64,000 nt of DNA. It comes from Squalus acanthias (taxonomy: Eukaryota). Shown here piece by piece: positions 49,669 through 63,220 of this stretch. The notes beneath the pieces are model-generated. The model was not told where the DNA came from. It was given only the letters and a program-made list of their open reading frames with translations, and made no database searches. Position 1 is the stretch's first letter, and every line of letters starts with the position of its first letter. Where the stretch lies: assembly GCA_030390025.1 (NCBI GenBank), contig CM059431.1, forward strand, positions 109,308,001 through 109,372,000, in the 5' to 3' direction. The position numbers were made by a program, and so were the translations under genes.

Positions 49669-51380
49669 CGGAATGAGGAAGAGGTGGTCCACCTAGCACT
49701 ATCATCAGACCGAAACGTGCGGGCGGAACTGGGCAACACTGCAGAATACATTCCTCTGTGCAATCTGTCCTCGGAACAATGACGGAAGCAAAAAATTGCA
49801 CTGGGGCACATTCAGAATGTGTGAGGAAAACATATTTATTTATTTCAATTGGCTGAGTGAGCTTCCATTATTTTGCTTACTGTTAAGCACAGCCTTGGCA
49901 GGCTTGGGAATTGTGGAGAGGAGCAGAAAATGGATACAGTCTCTTTGTAAGGTGACCTCCTTTGAAGCAGAAAACTGTACCACCAGGCAGGTTTTTAAGC
50001 TCATCCCACCACTTTTCCAGCTACTAATTCGATATAAATCAACACTTTGGAGTGGATAACATTCCTGCTCCATGTGCAATGCTCCGTACACAATAATTCT
50101 CTGCCCTTTCGAACATTCTCCCCTTCGGGGCAAACAGCGGTAATGAATACCTAGTCGTAAAGAATTACAGAGCGCTTTGTCTCACTTTGCATTGAAACTT
50201 CCAAGGTTTTTGGATCCAGAAACCTGTAAACGAAACACACGGAGCAGATAGAATTTTTAAACGGCGCAATGCAATTAGGCAGAATTCAATCTGAGCTCAC
50301 TCCATCCATCTGTCAGTGCGAACAAAACCTGAAGCACTCCATTATTACCCAATCCCCCCTCTTGTTAATTTGCTTGCAGAAAGCTTTGAACGTCTAGGAA
50401 CTGCACAAATTAAGCAGCCACAGTGTTCAATGAGCAAGGGTAGATCCTCCCTAAGTATCACCAGATGGTGGAAATCAGTCCTAATCAAGTGGCCAAACCA
50501 TTTCTATCTGATTAGAGAGCTTTTTAATCCCCTCGCACTGTCTGCTTTTTAAGTAAATATATTCTGCCTTCTTTTTTCTCCTCCTCGCACAAGACTCAAA
50601 ATAACTTGTTCTTTCTGTTGTAAATAAGGAAGCGTTAAGTTCATTTTCTATTTTTAAACAGTTTCCTTTTAAACTATTTTGACAAACCAGATGTCCAGCT
50701 TTGCCACAAATAAGCAGGGTCACGTGCGTCGCTTACATCTCAATGCAGCTGATTAAAGTGCTAGTGTGTGTAAGGCTAATTATTAATTTATGGGAATGGA
50801 TGTAGGAGCTATTGCAATAATGCAAGGCTTCACAGTGAGATGTTTCATGACAGTGCGGGGGTTAGGTTACACTGTGGTGCCCACCGTCATAACGCGGACC
50901 GCCGTACTCGAAACAACACTGCACTGCAAGCTTTAAATGTAAAGGACAGTTCCCTGATCTCTTGGCTTGTTGCAGGTCTACGAACTGCTCCCCTGTATTA
51001 TTAAAGATTAAATCTCCTCATAATACATCATTTTCTTCTCCCTCCCCCTCACCAGTGCTCATGCCTGCATTGCATGTCTTTACTTTGAAAAGCAAATTAG
51101 TTTGATTGCTACATGTTAATGTTTATAGAACCATAAATAAAGATGAGAGCTGATTTCAGCAGTACAACTGTCATCTCGACTGGATATAATTAAAATGCCT
51201 TGAACTTTATGACAGTTAAAGCAAAACTGAATATTGAGGAGGTTTGATTTATATTTCTTTTTAGCTCGCGGCCAACATAAAGGCTACTGTCTCTTTAACG
51301 GTCAGCCCAGGCCGCTGCTCTAACAGTCACAGAAAGAAATGTGCGAGATTTTAAAAGACTGAACGGGGTGCAGATATGGT

Positions 51381-51850
51381 AAGAAAGAAAGATTTGCATT
51401 TCTATAGCGCCTTTCACGACCACAGGACATCCCAAAGCGCTTTACAGCCAATGAAGTACTTTTTGAAGGGTAATCACTGTTGTAATGTGGGAAACAGACC
51501 AGCCAATTTGCGCACAGCAAGGTCCCACAAACAGCAATGTGACAGTGACCAGATAATCTGCTTTTTTTTTAGTGATGTTGGTTGAGGGATAAATGTCGGC
51601 CAGGATACCGGGCAGAACTCCCCTGCTCTTCTTCGAAGCAGTGCCAAGGGATCTTTTACATCCATCCAAGAGGGCAGACGGGGCCTCGGTTTTAACGTCT
51701 CATCTAAAAGACGGCACCTCCGACAGTGCAGCGCTCCCTCAGCACTGCACTGGGAGTGTCAGCCTAGATTTTTGTGCTCGAGTCTCTGGAGTGGAACTTG
51801 AACCCACAACCTTCCTGACTCAGAGGCGAGTGCGCTACCCACTGAGCCAT
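51381..51850 (-). mobile_element. SacSINE1-like SINE
   Basis: Full-length reverse complement of the family. Confidence 0.88.
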
Positions 51851-52292
51851 TCATTTATGAAAATGTAGGAAAAAAAGGCCTGCAGCACTTTCCACTGGAA
51901 TAGCGGCTTTTCTTGTCTCAAACAAGAGTGAGTACTGAAATGCCTTTAAATCTAGGTTGGCACTAATCACTTCAACGGGATCAGTCAGTAGGTTTCAGCA
52001 GGCACCTGACCTGTTCCAGGTAAGTACTATTTTAACTATAAAACCAGAGACTTAAGAGGACTGATTCCAAACCAAGATTTTTGAAAATGGAATCTAATCT
52101 ACATTTCGTCATTCAGAACGATTTTTAAAAATTTATCCCCATAAGAAATACAAACACCATTTTGCATGTGAAAATTCTCTGCTGTCCCCAGAGTCCAAAA
52201 CCATTTCTTTCATTTATATTTTGGAATCGGAATAGCTGCTGAATGTTGAAGAGGGGGGGAAAAAACCCTCAAAAGAAACCAGGAGAACAACC

Positions 52293-52428
52293 ATGTCGAT
52301 GAGGCAAACAAAGTCAAGCAGAAGGCAAATCCAGAAAGAACAGGACATCATGCACAAGCCTGGCTGGGCTGACCTCCTGTTTGGTTCTTTAATAAACCTG
52401 CTTTTTGCATTGCCTGGGGTCACGGAGG
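52293..52428 (+). CDS. Candidate first coding exon encoding a signal-peptide-like N-terminus; gene not identified
   Basis: MSMRQTKSSRRQIQKEQDIMHKPGWADLLFGSLINLLFALPGVTE(G). ACCATG context, in-frame TAG upstream at 52233, acceptor CTCTGCTGTCCCCAG ending 52191, phase-1 donor AGG/GTAGGA at 52429, and an upstream strong donor CAG/GTAAGT at 52020. Confidence 0.35.
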
Positions 52429-53239
52429 GTAGGAACAGGTCAAGTTACACCTCCCCTTAATGTAGGTCAATCCAAATTTGTTTTCACAGCGAGAGGGAGA
52501 AATGGAAACAGAACACCACTACTAAATGTCCGTGCCCATCAGCTCTTCAAGGACGTAATACATGATAATACAATCTTATGAATATCATAGGCAGGAAACC
52601 AATAGCCTCATCTTGATCTGAACAATGGGGGTGGGGGAACCTAAACATAACAAATGTGTGATTATAGCCCTTGATGTTTTCAATTCTGTGTCTTGCCACT
52701 AAAAGATCACTTCCTATAGTGAACAAAAAGTTTGTCAAACCTTTGTGGTTGAGCCGGGGTCGAGAAGCAAGAGTGATAAAATTGACATCTCGTGCAAGTC
52801 AAATGTTGATGTGCATAGGCAATTAAAAAATAAAAGGATTCCTTCTTATTTCTGGGAGACCTACACAGGAACATTAGACATTTTAGGAACAAGGGTATTT
52901 GGAACAAAAAGCCAGTCCTTTTTTGATAGATCTCGACCCCAGCTATCCACCTTCACATGCCATTCTTCAATCCCTTCTATCATTTAAAATGTCCATGTTC
53001 AGTGATCACACCTATAGCTTATTCCACATGTGAACAAGTTCTGCCTAACGTCACAAGACATCCCTTCTCATTCCTAACTTCCTAGTTTTTTAGATGTGTG
53101 TCCTGTGGTGTTTGAACTCTTCACCATAGCGAAATGTTTGCTTGCTCACCTTTCCTCAAAACGCAAAAAGCCTAATATCCAGAATCAGCTTTGTTGCTTG
53201 CCTATGTACCCTCTCAAAGGTGAGGGATACATAACAGAG

Positions 53240-53348
53240 AAAGAAAAAAAGAAAGACTTGCATTTATATAGCGCCTTTCACGACCAACGGACGTCTCAAA
53301 GCGCTTCACAGCCAATGAAGTACTTTTGGAGTGTAGTCACTGTTGTCA
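53240..53348 (-). mobile_element. SacSINE1-like 3' fragment
   Basis: GAAAGACTTGCATTTATATAGCGCCTTTCACGACC. Confidence 0.85.
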
Positions 53349-53494
53349 TGGAGTGGAGTAATAGATACATAAATGAAAGCTTTCTCTACAATCAGATTAC
53401 AAATTGTGATGTATGGTTTGCTTGGATATGTGCGGATTTCAGAGGGGTAGTACATACCCATTCGAGGATATGAAGGTATCAGAGCGCTTAGCTA

Positions 53495-53852
53495 TCCCCT
53501 CCCCATCTCTGTAATCTCCTCCAGCCCTACAACCCTCTGAGATCTCTGCGCCCCTCCAGTTCTGGCCTCTTAAGCATCTCCGATTTCAATCGCTCCACCA
53601 TTGGCGGCCGTGCCTTCAGCTGCCAAGGCCCTAAAGCTCTGGAATTCTCTCCCTAAACCTCTCCGTCTCTCTACCTCTCTTTCCTCCTTTAAGATGCTCC
53701 TTCAAACCTACCTCTTTGACCAAGCTTTTGGTCATCTGCCCCAATCTCTTATGTGGCTCGGTGTCAAATTTTGTCTGATAACGCTCCTGTGAAGCGCCTT
53801 GGGACATTTTACTATGTTAAAGGCGCTATATAAATACAAGTTGTTGTTGTTG
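53495..53852 (+). mobile_element. L2 3' fragment
   Basis: Same sequence family as 23765-24120. Confidence 0.9.
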
Positions 53853-55084
53853 TCAACAAGAGTCCAATACATATTACGAAGAACACTGGCTCAATGGTAC
53901 TGTATTTCATGAATGAGAGATATAGTGGAGAGTAAGTTATGTGGATCCACCTCCCTCATCAATGATGAGGCTGGAATTGGCCAACCAATATCTTATTATA
54001 AAGCAATCTAAACTGGATAAGGTCACACCTTTTAATATCACAAATTCTTTTTTATCACATCTCTAGAAGTCATTTTATCGCCACGCATCTTGATATAATG
54101 GAGGGACAATACTGATAAGATCGGATTTACTATACTGTATGATTATCTGAGCCTTTCACTGCACGATTTCTTTGTACTACTAGTCAACGTAATATTAAAG
54201 GGAGAGTCTTCGTGATTTTCTTTTGTAGTGGGGGAGGAATCAGAAGCATTGTGCATCATTACCATCGCAATGTTGTGAAGTAAAAGTCATCATTGTGTCA
54301 CTTGTACATCACTGTGTCGTGCATTTGCAACCACATGGAAAACTTTAACCAAACATGTTTTTTGTGTGCAGGGAATGATCCTTCAAAAATTTCATAAATT
54401 TATATATTTCTTAAATGGAAATTAAAATGCTGCTCATATCTAATAAGGATATTACCGCACTTTTTGTAGAATGCATATTATCACTTTACCCACATTACGC
54501 ATTCACGTCCGGCAAACACCGATTAAAAAGTACGTGTCCTCTAGGATATGTGACTAAATTACTAACCTGTCTCTTTTTATTTTATAAAAGAAAAGTGCGT
54601 GTGCTGCTGTTTAGAAATCTATCACGTGGTGCACAGTTGAATGCAATCTAGCAGAAGCAGTTTCTATATTCACATTTCACCCATCAAAAGGAAGAGATAG
54701 GAAGAAAATCTGCTTACCCATGAAGTACTTTTTTTATCTGATATTGACCAAGCAGACAGGGCTATTTTTAGACTAATTGTCAATCGCATTATTACCAGTT
54801 AAAGGGGAAGTACAGCCTACCAAGTTGTGCCGTAATCCTAAATATTATTAAAGGAGATAACTGCACACTTGTGGTGCCTCTCGGCCACCTCTTGTTCCCC
54901 TGCTTAATATTTTGGAAATACTAGCTGGAGGCAGCCTGGAAGCAGACATTTCGCGTGTAGCTGCTGAAACATTTCAAGGCCCTGCTTCATTGACGTCACG
55001 AATGAGAGCGCTGCCCATGATCCACTGTTCCATTCATGATGTCACTAGAGTTGAGCATCGATGTGTTTCTATGCGACTTCATGA

Positions 55085-55462
55085 AGTTACAACCCGGAAA
55101 CAGGCCATTCAGCCCAACCAGTCCGCGTTGGCATTCATCCGCCACGCACGTGGTCCTAACTCCTAATCGTACTTACCTGCCCTGTGGCCATATCCTTCCA
55201 TCTCCTCTCCTTCATCTACCTAGCCAATCTAATCTTGAATGGTGACATTCAAGCAGAAACAACCACCAACACCCTGGCAGTGAATTCCAGACACTTTAGA
55301 ACACATCAAGCTGTCCCTCGCAACTATTTGTGTAAAGAAGATTCTCTTGCTCTGTTCTTAATCTCTTACAATTAATCTTGTATTTATGTCTCCTCATTCT
55401 AAACTCCTCAACTACTGCAAGTAGTCTATTTCCATCTACCCTGTCCCATGCTTTCATAATTT
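55085..55462 (-). mobile_element. Old CR1 3' fragment
   Basis: GAAACAGGCCATTCAGCCCAAC..GTGAATTCCAGA..TCTACCCTGTCCCATGCTTTCATAATTT. Confidence 0.7.
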
Positions 55463-56011
55463 AATTTTCTTAAATGTTTAAAAATCTATCACGTGGTGCA
55501 CAGTTGAACGATGTATAAAATGCGTATACATATAAAAAAAAAGAGATATTCATTTAACTCTCGAGCTTCAGTACTGTCAATCACATTAACATCAAACTCG
55601 CAGAGCTACTCCCAGGGTCTGATTAAAAAAACACGGAGCCGACACTCAGATTCACTTCACTGTGCTTTCATTCTGCTTGTAAACAAATATGTCACGGTAT
55701 GAAAGTCTAAATCGTTTAAAATTTAAACATGTTCAAAATGTTCTTTGGTAATTAGCCAACCTTGCTGGTAAACTTTGAAAACAAAAACAAGTATTTACCT
55801 ACATCCTGGTTTGATTATGCGAAGGCATTTTTGAACGAAAGTTCATACATGCGAGCTGCCTTGCACTGAGCACAGTTCATATCGCCCTTTAACGAACACA
55901 GCATTAGCTTTGAACTGAAGTAACGAGTATGATTAGTTTTCAAGTAAGTCAAGTTAAGTAGCGTTAATAAAACTTTTATACAGTTCTGTACAACTTCTTT
56001 CTTATAGAGCT

Positions 56012-56655
56012 TATTACATAGAATTACATAGCATTTACAGCACAGAAACAGGCCATTCAGCCCAACAGATCTATGCTGGTGTTTATGCTCCACACGAGCC
56101 TCCTCCCACCCTACTTCATCTCACCCTATCAGCATAACCTTCTATTCCTTTCTCCTTCATGTCTTTATCTAGCTTCCCCTTAATGCATTTGTGCTATTCG
56201 CCTCAAGTACTCCTTGTAGGACTGAGATGAGGAAAAATGTCTTCACTCAAAGGGTTGTGAATCTTTGGAATTCTCTACCTCAGAGAACTGTGGATGCTCA
56301 GTCGTTGAGTATATTGAAGACAGAGATCGATAGATTTTTGGACATTCAGAGAATAAAGGGATATGGGGATCGTGTGGGAAGATGGAGTTGAGGTCAAAAA
56401 TCAGCCACGATCTTATTGAATGGCAGAGCAGGCTCGAAGGGCCATTGGGCCTACTCCTGCTCCTATTTCTTATGTTCTTGTGGTAGCGAGTTCCACATTC
56501 TAACCACTCTCTGGGTAAAGAAGTTTCTCCTGAATTCCCTATTGGATTAATTAGTGACAATCTTATATTAATGGCATCTAGTTTTGGTCTCCCCCGCAAG
56601 GAGAAACATCTTCTCTACGTCTACCCTATCAACCCTTTCATAATCTTAACGACCT
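56012..56655 (-). mobile_element. CR1 3' fragment containing an oppositely oriented CR1 fragment (56218-56476, plus strand)
   Basis: The host matches 1858-2180. The insert is flanked by CTTGT (56213-56217 / 56477-56481). Confidence 0.88.
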
Positions 56656-57263
56656 AAAGAATATAAAGCTTATATTCGCGCCCACTCCTATACTTGCATA
56701 GGTTCAGCGAGGAGCAAGCCAGTTTGAGCTGCAGACTTTCAATACCACTGCTGAAGTTGCTTTGCTATTGACCAGAATGAGATGTGTTTTTTATTAATTG
56801 GGATAGGTATACTTGCCATACTTTTCTCTCACCAATGAAGGCAGGCGAGTTTGAAAGTCTGTAAAGACAGAGTCCAGGAGAGACAGTTGAGTCCAATAAG
56901 AGCGACCACGTTTGAACATCAATCAAGACCGAGAGTGAAATTCTCGTGTGAGATCTTGCATTATGAATCCAATATTCCACAGGAGGCTGGGGTTCCTCTT
57001 AACAAAAAATGGGGGAAATGTTTTTGGTGGAGTGACCCCGCAAACAATGTTGCATTCTCAGAAATTGCACATCTCAAAGCTGCACGCTCCTCTGTGATTT
57101 AAGGCTCATTAATTACATACAAAATTCCCTATTTTTGTTCACAGAAATATTTTACCCTATCAAGACATCTCGTGTTTCTCTTCTGTTTGGAATAATCACA
57201 TGTCACAAGAACAAATCTGTATTATTTCTGAAGGTGTTTTTGTACACAAAAAGTTAAAAGAGA

Positions 57264-57969
57264 AGTCTGGAGTTTCCGCTAGGCAGTGCAATTTGCCCCA
57301 AATCATCCAAACCAGCACAAAAGATCAAAGAATTTCAAGCGTAAATTAGGTCCAGCGCAAATCTAGTTTCCATGATCTTTTGCACTCATTTAAAAAGCAT
57401 CGCGCTGGAGGCCGGCCCCGCCCACAAATGTGGCCACACCTCCAGATCTAATCACCATGGCGATTGCACCCGTTTGCGGGCCTTCGAGGTGGCTCTTAAA
57501 GCTAAGTTTTTTTTAGGCACAAGAATATAATTAGGCATGCTTTAAAAGCTTTTACCTTAAATTTACAAAGGAACTGACTACTGTGCACCAATGTAACTAG
57601 CAAATGGTTCTGTATAGTTTTTTTTTAAAGTCCTTTTCAGTTATTTAAAACCAGGTTATTCACAGGTGGTGGACTAGACACTCTGATTAAAATGCTTATT
57701 TTTGGTGATAACCCCATTCTCAGCTGTATTAATAAAACTGCAACAGGTTACCGCTCTTAAATATATCAAGGAATATTTTTTAATGCAAAAATAATTACGT
57801 TCTAAAACGCTACTCGATTGCGCTGATTCATGGAAGATTTTACGTTCAGCGATATGCAAATGAGTTTCAACAGAAACTTGAGCTAAAATTCAATTCGGAA
57901 AACTAGCGCAATTTTGAACGCAATTTGTGCCCGGATCGCCGATTGCGCCCAAAGCAGAAACTCTCGGCC
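57264..57969. mobile_element. Harbinger-like MITE
   Basis: AGTCTGGAGTTTCCGCT / AGCAGAAACTCTCGGCC imperfect TIRs, with GCGCAA-type subterminal motifs. Confidence 0.6.
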
Positions 57970-58999
57970 ATATATATCTTATTAAAATAAAAAACAGTCA
58001 CTGAGAGAAATTATTTTTCAGGTATCAGAAACAGAACATTGCACTGTAAGCTATCCAGTGGACAACAAGCCAAGGTAGCTTCCTGCCAAAGACTTTTGAC
58101 TGACATCAGTTTAATTAGCCTAATCTCCTTTTATTTAGCTTCCTTTCACAAAGTGACATCTCAGAATCTCCATACAGATTCAGAAGGCCAGTCAAGCAGC
58201 AAAAGCTCTTGTCAAATGAGACACTGCATGGACATCTTCGGAGAGGAGTCTGGACAAAGCCAGATCAGCACTTAGCAAATCTGTCCATATCATGCTTATC
58301 ACCGCACGGTTTCTAAATGACTACAAGAAGCCATAACAATCCATATAAATCTCTAAGCTGAATCCTATTGGGCCCTCAGATGCCCAGCAGACTAAGACCA
58401 AATGATGTAGAGCCGCATTTGCACGAGCTCCGATTATCATTTGCTTGCTGTCATCATTCATTCAGTTTTGCAATTGTGAGGAATCTCTTGAGTCGAAAGG
58501 AGCTAAGTAATTTTGACCGAAATTAGCTTTTAGAACAAAAACAACTGAAACCCTACTTTTGGTTTTGGTGTGCAAACCAAAAACGTTACTTCAAAAAAAA
58601 ATGTTAAATATATATCAGGGTCGTATAGCTCCAATGGATCAGTTTTACATGAAACAGAAAATCCATACCCTCAGGGGCATCAAATCACTCTGATCCTACC
58701 ACTCACCATACCTCATGTAGGGCCCAGCAATAAACTGTGGCATATTGGAAAACAATATTATAGTCTTAGTGATCTTTTAATTGAAGCATAGCTTTAGTGG
58801 GAACAAGAGCCGAGACTTGACAATCCATACTCCTCAACAAAAGTATCTGCGCAATAATTTAATCAGAAAGAAACATGGATGCTTCAGTGAACTTTGAAAT
58901 TGTAATCCATCAATACTGATCATCAGGAATGCATTTAGGAGATTGGAAAATGAGAACTGTACAGTGGTATCTATCAACTATTTAATTATTTTTTTAAAA

Positions 59000-59236
59000 A
59001 AGCAAAGCACTGCGGATGCTGGAAATCTGAAATAAACACAGAAAATGCTGGAAATGCTCAGCAGGTCGGGCAGCGTCTGTGGAGAGAGAAATAGCGTTAA
59101 TGTTTCAGGTCGATGACCTTTCGTCAGAGTTGAGTTCTGACTGAAGGTCATCGACCTGAAACGTTAACTCCATTTCTCTCTCCTCAGACGCTGCCTGACC
59201 TGCTGAATGTTTCCCAGCATTTTCTGTTTTTATTTT
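59000..59236. mobile_element. PLE-derived family B fold-back insertion (older)
   Basis: Minus arm with tail (59000-59130) and plus arm without tail (59132-59236). Decayed hammerhead in both arms, e.g. GAGTT-CTGACTGA-AGGTC-atc-GACCT-GAAA-CG-TT-AACTC at 59132-59170. Confidence 0.8.
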
Positions 59237-59726
59237 TATCAGTTTAATTATACTCTTATTCCAATGGGTCAGCCTCTGTGAAGGACAGTTATCCAAGTGT
59301 TGAACTTTTGCAGCTGTGCCCTGAACTACATATTTTGTGAAATGCCTGAGTGCAATGGTAATTGGGGGAGAAAGAGAAGAGACAACAGCAAGTTAACAAG
59401 AAATTAGCTTTTACAGTTATTTTTAGCCGAAAAGATATCAAAACCTTTTTAGGCATTTTCCTGCAAACCATCATGGAATTTCCTTCTGCAAAGCTCCAGA
59501 TTAATAAAGTATTTGAAAATCAATTGCTACACCATGAACTTTCCTTTCATGTTAATAATCTTCTCAAAATATTTTAATCAAAGAGTTAATGCAAAGGAGG
59601 CAGCATTTTAATACAACAATAAAATACTTCACTTAAGGGCTTTCAATTTTTAGAATATTTACATACTTGTGTCAGCACTTCCCTTCTGTTGATTTTTATT
59701 TATGTCTATTTATGACAAGAGCCAGT

Positions 59727-59883
59727 CAATGTTCCCTCTAATTTTCTTTTTTGGTGCACGGTCCCTTTAAATTTGCTGCGCGGCCGCGCGTGCGCAGTAT
59801 CTCTTCCAGCGGCAACAGCTCGTGAGCGGCCTGCGCGCGACCTCCCAATCGATGTGCGGCCGCGCCCCATAGGGGGAACATTG
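59727..59883. mobile_element. hAT-type MITE
   Basis: TIRs CAATGTTCCCTCTA / TAGGGGGAACATTG; 8-bp flanks GAGCCAGT / CAGCCAAT. Confidence 0.85.
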
Positions 59884-59931
59884 CAGCCAATGTGCGCTGA
59901 CACCATTGCTCAGAGACCACTGAGACTCTAT

Positions 59932-60733
59932 GGGCTGGATTTTCTCAGCCCCGAGGAGGCGGGTATGGAGGTGGGACTGCCGGTAAAGTAGCAGAAAGTG
60001 GGGGCGGATGGCAAACCCGCCCTTTTGCCAGGAGGCGGGAAGATGTGCTGCTTCGGGTCCCGTCTCCTCGAGGCGGGAAAGGGATTAAATCCTTTTAACT
60101 GCCTGTTAACAGGTAGTTAACAGGCAGAAAAAAGGATTAGTGCCATTTTACCTCGGAGAACCCCGTTGGGTTGGAGGAGTCGAGTAGGAGGTCTGCGGGG
60201 GTCGGAGGGGCCTGAAAGTAAGATGTAGAGGTGAGTGATGGGTGCAAGTGTGGAGTGGTAAGTATGTAAGGTGAGTGTTAAATGTTAAAAAATGTTCACT
60301 TACCTTGGTTTCTGCCTACAGCCTTCATCTGCTCTGGATCGGGAGTCCCGACATCTTCCTTGTCGATTTCACAGACTGGCTGTTGGATCCTCCGAACCAA
60401 CAGTCATCTGAAATCTACAAAGTTGAAAGGTTTGATGAGTCCTGAACACAAGGGCTCATCAAACTACAGAGAATGTCAGTGTTTGACAGCTTCACAGAGC
60501 TGTCAAACGCTGATATTTCTGCTTTCAAGAAGTCTTGAGAGATGGCACATCAGACGTTGACGTGCTCTGTCAGTGACTTCCCCCTAATTGGCCTGCTGAG
60601 CCCACAGGGCGGGCTTAACAAGGTCAATCAGGGGAAAATCCCGCTGGTTGGCCAGAAGATGATGGAGGCGGGACATAGACCCGACAAGCAGCAGTCCCGC
60701 CTCCAATTTGTCTCCATTCACAAAATCCAGCCC
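59932..60733 (+). mobile_element. Harbinger-type MITE (~0.8 kb family, diverged subfamily)
   Basis: TIRs GGGCTGGATTTT / AAAATCCAGCCC; colinear with the copies at 13764 and 19032. Confidence 0.88.
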
Positions 60734-61053
60734 TTAAAGTTCAGATGGTTAAAGTTTTTTAACAAGAATGTCCCAGGAGCAACTCTCCCTTCTCCCCACC
60801 ACTCACAACCTCAACCCCTCTCCCCAACTGAGTTTGCTGATCCTTAATGACATTAATCCATTCCGAACAAGTTGTAGACTCCTGAACCTCAATTATATTC
60901 ATGGGGTTCTTTTATTATAACCAATAAAAATCTGAGTTAGCGACACTTTAAAAAAAATATGGTGACCAGTAGCTATCACCCCATACTCTGAGGGACAGTA
61001 ATACATGAATGACCAAGCACTTTGATTAAAAATTGGAAGGATATACTGAGAGG

Positions 61054-61480
61054 GTTAGATGAAGAGAGGTGGGAGGAGGCGCATGTGGAGCATAAACACT
61101 GGCACGGACCAATTGGGCAAATGGCCTGTTTCTGTTCTGTAAATTCTATGTAGTTCTATGTAAGGCTTCTTCGGCAGCACCTCCCAAACCCGCGACCTCT
61201 TCCACCTAGAAGGACAAGGGCAGCAGGTGCATGGGAACACCACCACCTCCAATTTCCCCTCCAAGTCACACACCATCCTGACTTAGAAGTATATCACCGA
61301 TCCTTCATCATTGCTGGGTTAAAATCCTGGAACTCTCTACCTAACAGCACTGTGGGAGTACCTTCACCACATGGACTGCAGCGGTTCAAGAAGGCAGCTC
61401 ACCACCACCTTCTCAAGGGCAATTAGGGATGGACAATAAATGCTGGCCTTGCCAGCGACGCCCACATCCCATAAACAAAT
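61054..61480 (+). mobile_element. CR1 3' tail (61054-61160) abutting a second copy of the 6626-7165 LINE
   Basis: AAGGCTTCTTCGGCAGCACCTCCCAAACCCGCG..GACGCCCACATCCCATAAACAAAT matches 6847-7165. Confidence 0.88.
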
Positions 61481-61784
61481 TTTTTTTAAACTACCTTCTT
61501 CAATAATTTGTTGTCACAAACACTATGTAAATCAAAGATCGGAAATTTCCACATGATGCGATGTTGTCATGAACTGTACATGAAATTTCCAAGTGTGTGC
61601 ACGGATTCTTCCTTGGTGCACACTGATTTGTACACAATGAATTGGATTTCTGCCTTTTCTTCTTCAGTTGAAATTCTTCCAGAACATCTTGACCCAAAGC
61701 CATGAATTGGAATATCCTAGGACAATCTTCACATATTACTGAGAGTGCGCAAAAAAGGAATTCATTTTTTATATGCTGACAATC

Positions 61785-61905
61785 ATACACACGCACATAC
61801 ACACATGCTCACATACACACACGCACACATACACACACGCATGAACATGCACACATGAACTCACGCGCACATACAGAAGCACACACACACACACACGCAC
61901 GCATT
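61785..61905 (+). repeat. Imperfect (CA)n microsatellite
   Basis: CA/CG/TA alternating purine-pyrimidine tract. Confidence 0.9.
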
Positions 61906-62497
61906 TACATCCGCAAGTGCGCGTCCCTCCAATAATTTCATCCAAAAGGTGATTGTGAAAAATATTGCGAGAATAATTCTTCAACAGCCCAATAAAAACC
62001 TTAAAGAACAATAGCTGTAAGACCTGCCCAGAGGCATGTACATTTCTGAGGATGCTGCACAGATCTGATTTTTAATAACTATGAAATACTGTCTGTGTAA
62101 GCTAACAAACAGAAATACAGTCTCTTCAATTACAGCTTGTCTGGGATACCTATTTGCAGGCTGTTCATCCGTTACCTCATGAGCTGCATTTGCCCTCTGA
62201 AATGCAGCCCTGTGATTGAGGCCCATGGTTTTAATGGTACTTGCATCAGAATTTAATGGTTTGTTGCTAATAATCAAAGCAATGTTTACATCATTGTCCT
62301 TCGGCGCAGATGGGTTTTCATTTTGTTTCTAAGAGGGCAGCGTGGAGCATGCGGAAGTCACAGGTGATAAATCAAAGCTTCTGAGTTCCTCCCTAAATCA
62401 GCAGCTCTAATCTTTGCCTGTTCCTCCAGGGTTCACCTTATGGAATGCATAGAGGATAGATGCATGTCTGCAAAAACAGTGGGATACAGCTTCTTAG

Positions 62498-62807
62498 ATC
62501 TCACAACCTGCGCTCCTCTAATTCTGGCCTCTTGAGCATCCCCTGATTTTCATCGCCCTACCATTGGCGGCCGTGCCTTCAGCTGCCTCGGCCCCAAGCG
62601 CTGGAATTCCCTCCCTAAACCTCTCCGCCTCTCTCTCCTGCTTTGAGACGCTCCTTAAAACCGACCTCTTTGACCAAGCTTTTGGTCACCTGTCCGAATA
62701 TCTCCTTATGTGGCTCGGTGTCAAATTTTGTTTGGTAATCGCTCCTGCGTAGTGCCTTGGGATGTTAAAGGTGCTTATATAAATACAAGTTGTTGTTGTT
62801 GTTGTTG
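62498..62807 (+). mobile_element. L2 3' fragment
   Basis: L2 tail ending in (TTG)n. Confidence 0.9.
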
Positions 62808-63007
62808 TAGGTGACGACATCACAAGTGGAATAAACGTGGCATGCCACGCCTCTGTCATTGTGGATGCTGTTTAAACCAGAGGTACAAATGGAGGCCTAC
62901 AAATTACCACAAAATATATTACTTTGGCTTGGTACTATTTTGGCTTCTTTTCGATGTTTATTTTTTAGGATAGCATAGAAAGAGGAAGCTGTTATAAGGA
63001 ATTACAG

Positions 63008-63220
63008 TGACCATGATGCGGAGATGCCGGTGTTGGACTAGGGTGGACAAAAGTGAGAAGTCACACAACACCAGGTTATAGTCCAACAGCTTTATTTGAA
63101 ATCACAAGCTTTCGGAGCGCTGCTCCTTCGTCAGGTCACCTGACGAAGGAGCAGCCGCTCCGAAAGCTTGTGATTTCAAATAAAACTGTTGGACTATAAC
63201 CTGGTGTTGTGCGACTTCTC
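63008..63220. mobile_element. PLE-derived family A fold-back insertion
   Basis: Inverted arms meet at TCAGGT-C-ACCTGA (63131-63143). TSD AAGGAATTACAG at 62996-63007 / 63221-63232. Confidence 0.88.
63136..63173 (+). ncRNA. Minimal hammerhead motif, family A
   Basis: TCAC-CTGACGA-A-GGAGC-agcc-GCTCC-GAAA-GC-TT-GTGA. Confidence 0.75.
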
